From Gammaproteobacteria bacterium (GTDB taxonomy: Bacteria; Pseudomonadota; Gammaproteobacteria; UBA4575), in the NCBI GenBank assembly GCA_965221955.1, contig CBDCTA010000002.1, forward strand, positions 64,001 through 128,000: a stretch of DNA of 64,000 nt, in the 5' to 3' direction. The notes beneath the pieces were generated by a model. It was not told the DNA's origin. It saw only the letters and a program-made list of their open reading frames with translations, and made no database searches. The translations under genes and the position numbers were made by a program. Shown piece after piece: positions 59,635-64,000 of this stretch (position 1 is its first letter; each line of letters opens with the position of its first letter).

Positions 59635-59888
59635 ATTTAAACTCTGCTAATTTCTTATTCTATAACTATATTATTTTTAACAATGAAATATAGAGAATCG
59701 CTTGATGTAAACCCATATGTTTGCGATGAGACTAACCGGGAAGATATTCCCGTAAGTGAATCAAAGTCAAATTATGGAGTGAAAAACTACCGTTAATATC
59801 ATTAAAACAGCATATTAAGCATAAAAGACTGATTTATAAAGGAAAACACCTATAGCATATAAGCCACCATTCAATTAATGGAGCTCTT

Positions 59889-60212
59889 GTGCGTTTAAAG
59901 CTAGGGACAGCAGTCTTATTATTTTTAATGTTCTCGACGACTTCTGCTGACGAGATTGTTACTTACCTAATTCACACCCGAACTGATACGGGTGAATTTA
60001 TACAAGGTGCTGCATTTACCGATAGTGATCGCTGGGAAGTCGCTGGCTTTGTCATTCTTGAGCAGAATAAAAGAGTTAGATTCACAGGAAGTTGGAATCG
60101 ACAAGGTTCAATTGAAGCAGTTGATAGCCATGGCAAGATGTATATGTTTGATGTTGTTGCGGTAATAGATAGCACACAAGCATTTTATTTAACTGGCATT
60201 TTTTTGATTTAG
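59889..60212 (+). CDS. Hypothetical exported protein
   Basis: GGAG RBS, GTG start, signal peptide-like N-terminus. Confidence 0.55.
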   Translation: MRLKLGTAVLLFLMFSTTSADEIVTYLIHTRTDTGEFIQGAAFTDSDRWEVAGFVILEQNKRVRFTGSWNRQGSIEAVDSHGKMYMFDVVAVIDSTQAFYLTGIFLI

Positions 60213-60266
60213 ACCAAATACTAGGCGTTTCTGGCTATTTCTCTTTCTATAATTTCATCCATAGTA

Positions 60267-61124
60267 TCAATCTAGTGTTGCAGATTGCTTAGTGTATTTT
60301 CCGTAGCCTAAATGGACGATCGTAATTAACCAAGATACAAATACAAATGGTGCTGTTAAAGATGGCCATCCTGAAATAATAAAAGCTTGGGTAACAAAAA
60401 CAGTTAATACGATGCCAATTAATGGGAATATGATCGGTTTCATGTTTTGTAATGCGATAGCTGTTAACACGGCACTGAACCCATAGAGACCGTTTTGAAT
60501 ATTTACATCAGGATAGTTGAGGGCATGGGCCAATAACCAAGTTAGTGTTGTTGCAACTAGGGCCCAAACGAAGCTTGACTTTGAACAAAGTAAAATAGCG
60601 AATAACATTATTGCGCCGGTAATTCCGTTTCCCTGTATATATACCTGACCTACTGCTTCCCCCAGACCCGCAGTATGGATGTTATCGGCAAAATTAAGGA
60701 TATCATTTGCCGGTGTTAGTTTAATAAAATCTCCAATGAGAATTATAAACCAAGTAATAAAAACAAATGGTGCAGTAAACGCTGGGAGTTTTAAATACTT
60801 TGGAATCCATTTGGTAACAAAAATAGATAATACACAGCTCAAGATAAAAACAATGACAGAGGCAATTGCAGTTTGAAAAAAATAAATATTTGCGATACCT
60901 ATTAATGTAGCGTTATAACCAAAGATTCCTAAAGTAATTTCCTTACCGTCAAATTTGAGAAATTTTGCGGTCGCGGTGCCAATGGCTGCACCGAAAAAAG
61001 CTCCTAGCGCCATTTTCCACGAATGAACAGCGATGCTCGCCAAAATAATCAAACCAGATAAAGAACATGGTTGAACAATTACTTGCGCGATGCCAGACAT
61101 CGTATGTTTAAAAAAATTAATCAC
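60267..61124 (-). CDS. Urea transporter (UT/Yut family)
   Basis: Internal duplication G.AQV/GQVY, G.FGYN/GLYGFS and FTAPFV/LTAPFV. Confidence 0.9.
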   Translation of the reverse strand: MINFFKHTMSGIAQVIVQPCSLSGLIILASIAVHSWKMALGAFFGAAIGTATAKFLKFDGKEITLGIFGYNATLIGIANIYFFQTAIASVIVFILSCVLSIFVTKWIPKYLKLPAFTAPFVFITWFIILIGDFIKLTPANDILNFADNIHTAGLGEAVGQVYIQGNGITGAIMLFAILLCSKSSFVWALVATTLTWLLAHALNYPDVNIQNGLYGFSAVLTAIALQNMKPIIFPLIGIVLTVFVTQAFIISGWPSLTAPFVFVSWLITIVHLGYGKYTKQSATLD

Positions 61125-61292
61125 TTTAGGCTTTGTGTTTTTCTTAATTAAAAGTAATTTAGTAGTGATGGTTTCAACCTTGCTTGCATTTAGCTATTGA
61201 ATATTCCTTATCACTAAAATTAATAAAATTTATTAACAAGTTGACCACCAATGTTTTAAGATTTCTTGAAGGGCGTTACCTATGGCTAATTT

Positions 61293-62450
61293 ATGATTAA
61301 GTCTTCATGGAAAGTGGGTGTATTATTTTCTAAAACAGGTGTTACATCTGTAATAGAAAAAACTCAATTAAATGCTACTTTACTCGCGATTCGAGAAATC
61401 AATACTCGTGGTGGCGTGAATGGCAGGTGTATTGAACCGATTGTTTACGATCCAGAATCTAATCCGGAAAAGTTTCGACAACTTGCTAAGCGTTTAATTA
61501 CAAAAGACTCCGCCAACATCATCTTTGGATGTTACATGTCAAGTGCTCGCAAAGCTGTTATTCCTATCGTAGAAGATTATGAAGGATTGTTATGGTACCC
61601 AACGTTATATGAAGGATTTGAATATTCGAAAAACGTCATTTACACCGGTGCGACACCAAATCAAAATAGTATGTTCTTAGCGCGCTATTTACTCAGTCAA
61701 TATGGCAATCGTTTTTATTTTGTCGGTTCAAATTATATTTATCCATATGAATCAAATCGAATTATGAAGGATATTTTGCAATCTACGGGAGGAAAGGTAG
61801 TTGCAGAAAAATATCTACCATTGAATGCAAGCGTTGAAGATATTGATCCCATTTTAGTAGATATTCTCGAAAAACGTCCGAATGTTATTTTTAGTACCAT
61901 AGTTGGAGCCGCGACTAGTAAGTTCTATAAAAGTTATTGGAGAGCAGGTTTGCAACCTAGGCAAATGCCTATAGCAAGCCTTACCACAAGTGAGGCAGAA
62001 GTTAGTGCCATGGGCTCTGAGGTAGGCGCTGGTCATATAACTGCGGCACCTTATTTTGAAACTGTAAATACAGCTACCAATCAACAATTTGTAAGCAGTT
62101 ATAAATCCATGTTTGGTGCATCAGAATGCACTAACGCTTGCGCCGAGGCAGCTTATTTCCAGGTTAATCTTTTTGCAGAAGTATTACGTCGTGTAGGTAC
62201 CTTGGATACGGACATTGTTCGTACTGCGACACTTGGAACTATTTTTGATGCGCCTGAAGGCACGATACAAATAGATCCTGACAATCATCATACATATTTA
62301 TGGCCTAAAATTGGTCGTGTTGATGGTGATGGTAAATTTCAAATCGTTGCGGAAACAGATGGCCCGGTAAAGCCTGATCCTTACCTAGTTGATCTTGGTT
62401 CGGATAAAAATCTAAACCGTATGCAGTACTTTGAAAGCGAGCTTCGTTAG
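61293..62450 (+). CDS. amiC: Cytoplasmic amide sensor AmiC
   Basis: No signal peptide; VGVLFS.TG.T, GCYMSS.RKAV, YPTLYEGFE, GA.PNQNS, YIYP.ESN. Confidence 0.9.
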   Translation: MIKSSWKVGVLFSKTGVTSVIEKTQLNATLLAIREINTRGGVNGRCIEPIVYDPESNPEKFRQLAKRLITKDSANIIFGCYMSSARKAVIPIVEDYEGLLWYPTLYEGFEYSKNVIYTGATPNQNSMFLARYLLSQYGNRFYFVGSNYIYPYESNRIMKDILQSTGGKVVAEKYLPLNASVEDIDPILVDILEKRPNVIFSTIVGAATSKFYKSYWRAGLQPRQMPIASLTTSEAEVSAMGSEVGAGHITAAPYFETVNTATNQQFVSSYKSMFGASECTNACAEAAYFQVNLFAEVLRRVGTLDTDIVRTATLGTIFDAPEGTIQIDPDNHHTYLWPKIGRVDGDGKFQIVAETDGPVKPDPYLVDLGSDKNLNRMQYFESELR

Positions 62451-62452
62451 TT

Positions 62453-63055
62453 ATGGCCATTGAAATATTAAAAGATCTACGTAAATTACGTGTGCTTGTA
62501 GTGCATCCTAATGATGAGCAAGGCAGTGATATATGTCAGCACATTGAACGAATTGGCTGCAAGGTGCGAATGGTATGGCCATGTCCAAAAGACATTAATC
62601 CCGATACCGATGTAGTTCTTTTGCAATCTTTACATGAGCATCCGTTTACTGAAAAACCATTATGGTTAACTGAAGAAAAAAACAGCCCTACCATAATTGC
62701 GATTGTTGACTATGAAAATCCAACCGTACTGCAAACCGTATATGAATTGGGAGCCCACGGAATTATCAATAAGCCTGTACGTCCATTTGGTTTATTAGCA
62801 AACTTAGTTATTGCAAGAACTCGTTGGCGTAAAGAGTTGGCGTTGAATTCCAGAGTGGAAAAACTTGAAACAAAATTAAGAAAGATACATGCAGTCGAAC
62901 ATGCGGTCGCAATACTTGAGCGAGCCAATGATATTAGTCATGAACAAGCCTATGAGTTTATTAGAAGTAGAGCGATGGAGCGCCGTCTAACTACTGAAGA
63001 TATTGCTCAAGAAATAGTTGCTGCGGATAAAATCTTAGAGGTCAATGTTAAATAA
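62453..63055 (+). CDS. amiR: ANTAR antiterminator AmiR
   Basis: Pseudo-receiver (YENPT.L) + ANTAR domain (AY..IR..AM.RR). Confidence 0.9.
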   Translation: MAIEILKDLRKLRVLVVHPNDEQGSDICQHIERIGCKVRMVWPCPKDINPDTDVVLLQSLHEHPFTEKPLWLTEEKNSPTIIAIVDYENPTVLQTVYELGAHGIINKPVRPFGLLANLVIARTRWRKELALNSRVEKLETKLRKIHAVEHAVAILERANDISHEQAYEFIRSRAMERRLTTEDIAQEIVAADKILEVNVK

Positions 63056-63111
63056 TACCTGTAATTTCAGGTTGTTATAAGAGTGCAAATACTATACAGG
63101 AGAATGACTTC

Positions 63112-63140
63112 TTGACGTATTCAATAAATTAGTCTAAAAA
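63112..63140 (+). promoter_or_regulatory. Candidate sigma70 promoter for the amiE leader
   Basis: TTGACG-N17-TAAAAA upstream of the hairpins. Confidence 0.45.
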
Positions 63141-63177
63141 GTTATGTAACACATAGCATTCTAGCTAGGTAGAGTTT

Positions 63178-63227
63178 AGCAGAACCAATAATGCTTCTGT
63201 TATAAATGAGAATGGGCAAAAAAGCCC
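63178..63227 (+). promoter_or_regulatory. ANTAR-type dual hexaloop RNA element
   Basis: AGCAGAACC-AATAAT-GCTTCTGTT and GGGC-AAAAAA-GCCC; the second overlaps the terminator 5' arm. Confidence 0.7.
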
Positions 63228-63259
63228 TCACGGATTTATATGTCCGTGAGGGCTTTTTT
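63218..63259 (+). terminator. Intrinsic terminator/attenuator in the amiE leader
   Basis: AAAAAAGCCCTCACGGA-TTTATATG-TCCGTGAGGGCTTTTTT. Confidence 0.92.
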
Positions 63260-63394
63260 GTGCGTGTGACAAAAACAATTATTAGTAGTTGACCGAAAAC
63301 CAAACTAGTTTGAAGTTATATTTTTTGTTCATAAAAAAATGTCGTTTTATGTCTGATCTTAAAAAAAGATATGAAGTGACGAGGAGGATAAAAT

Positions 63395-64000
63395 ATGTAT
63401 CACGGTGATATATCAAGTAGTAAAGATGCAGTAGGCGTTGCAGTAGTAAATTACAAAATGCCTCGGATGCATACTAAAGCAGAAGTTCTCGATAATGCAC
63501 GCAATATTGCGGAAATGATCGAGGGTATGAAAGTTGGATTACCTGGAATGGATCTCGTCATATTTCCTGAGTACAGTACTCATGGAATTATGTATGACGA
63601 GACAGAGATGTATGAAACTGCATCCAGTTGTCCAGGTGAAGAAACTGAAATTTTTGCAGAGGCGTGCCGCAATGCAAAAGTATGGGGTGTGTTTTCACTC
63701 ACAGGAGAGCGTCATGAGGAACACCCAAATAAAGCTCCCTATAACACATTAATTTTGATGAATGATCAGGGTGAAATTGTACAAAAGTATCGAAAGATTA
63801 TGCCTTGGGTGCCTATTGAAGGTTGGTATCCTGGAAATTGCACTTACGTTTCAGAAGGGCCAAAAGGGTTAAAGATAAGTTTAATCATTTGTGATGATGG
63901 AAACTATCCAGAAATTTGGCGAGATTGCGCAATGAAAGGTGCTGAACTTATCGTACGTTGTCAAGGATATATGTATCCGTCAAAAGATCAGCAGATCATG
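63395..64000 (+). CDS. amiE: Aliphatic amidase (partial, runs off the window; absent from the ORF track)
   Basis: GAGGAGG RBS; [41 protein letters not shown], catalytic ICDDGNYPE. Confidence 0.95.
   Translation, partial: MYHGDISSSKDAVGVAVVNYKMPRMHTKAEVLDNARNIAEMIEGMKVGLPGMDLVIFPEYSTHGIMYDETEMYETASSCPGEETEIFAEACRNAKVWGVFSLTGERHEEHPNKAPYNTLILMNDQGEIVQKYRKIMPWVPIEGWYPGNCTYVSEGPKGLKISLIICDDGNYPEIWRDCAMKGAELIVRCQGYMYPSKDQQIM

Noticed and set aside
59683-59796. 37-codon ORF and CGGGAA/TTCCCG hairpin; checked as a guanidine riboswitch
   Set aside because: No RBS, and no ykkC or mini-ykkC consensus seen here or upstream of the urease or B3/4 genes.
63534-63752. 72-aa ORF from the track
   Set aside because: Out-of-frame overlap with amiE, which starts at 63395.
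1-64000. Mobile element, CRISPR array or structural RNA genes
   Set aside because: No integrase or transposase, repeat-spacer array, tRNA or rRNA pattern was recognised, so the nitrogen region cannot be called a mobile island from this window.

Overview
AT-rich bacterial DNA, probably from a marine Gammaproteobacterium (it carries the pds sortase locus). No rRNA, tRNA, CRISPR array or transposase was seen. 0-17 kb: osmC-acs-lipoyl/lpdA cluster, the marine proteobacterial sortase system (sortase, VIT-vWA target, pdsO, pdsRS) and small accessory genes, including an orphan Rap1a-type immunity gene and a decayed SRPBCC/MxaD-like gene. 17-64 kb: a ~47 kb organic-nitrogen region. It holds a divergent Amt with a small partner gene, a urease-like operon with an altered substrate pocket, a split and permuted glutamate-synthase-like triplet with a GltD module, an N,N-dimethylformamidase-like pair followed by a Rieske-fold protein lacking canonical ligands, an Urt-like ABC transporter with a binding-protein/kinase/regulator trio, the full N-methylglutamate pathway (mgsABC-gmaS-mgdABCD), a urea channel and amiC-amiR-amiE with an ANTAR-type attenuator. 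Shared non-coding motifs link several of these operons. Best candidate for an undescribed system: a co-regulated pathway that hydrolyses N-methylated amides/ureas and feeds the methylamine into the N-methylglutamate pathway. All family calls come from motif recognition by eye; no searches were run.
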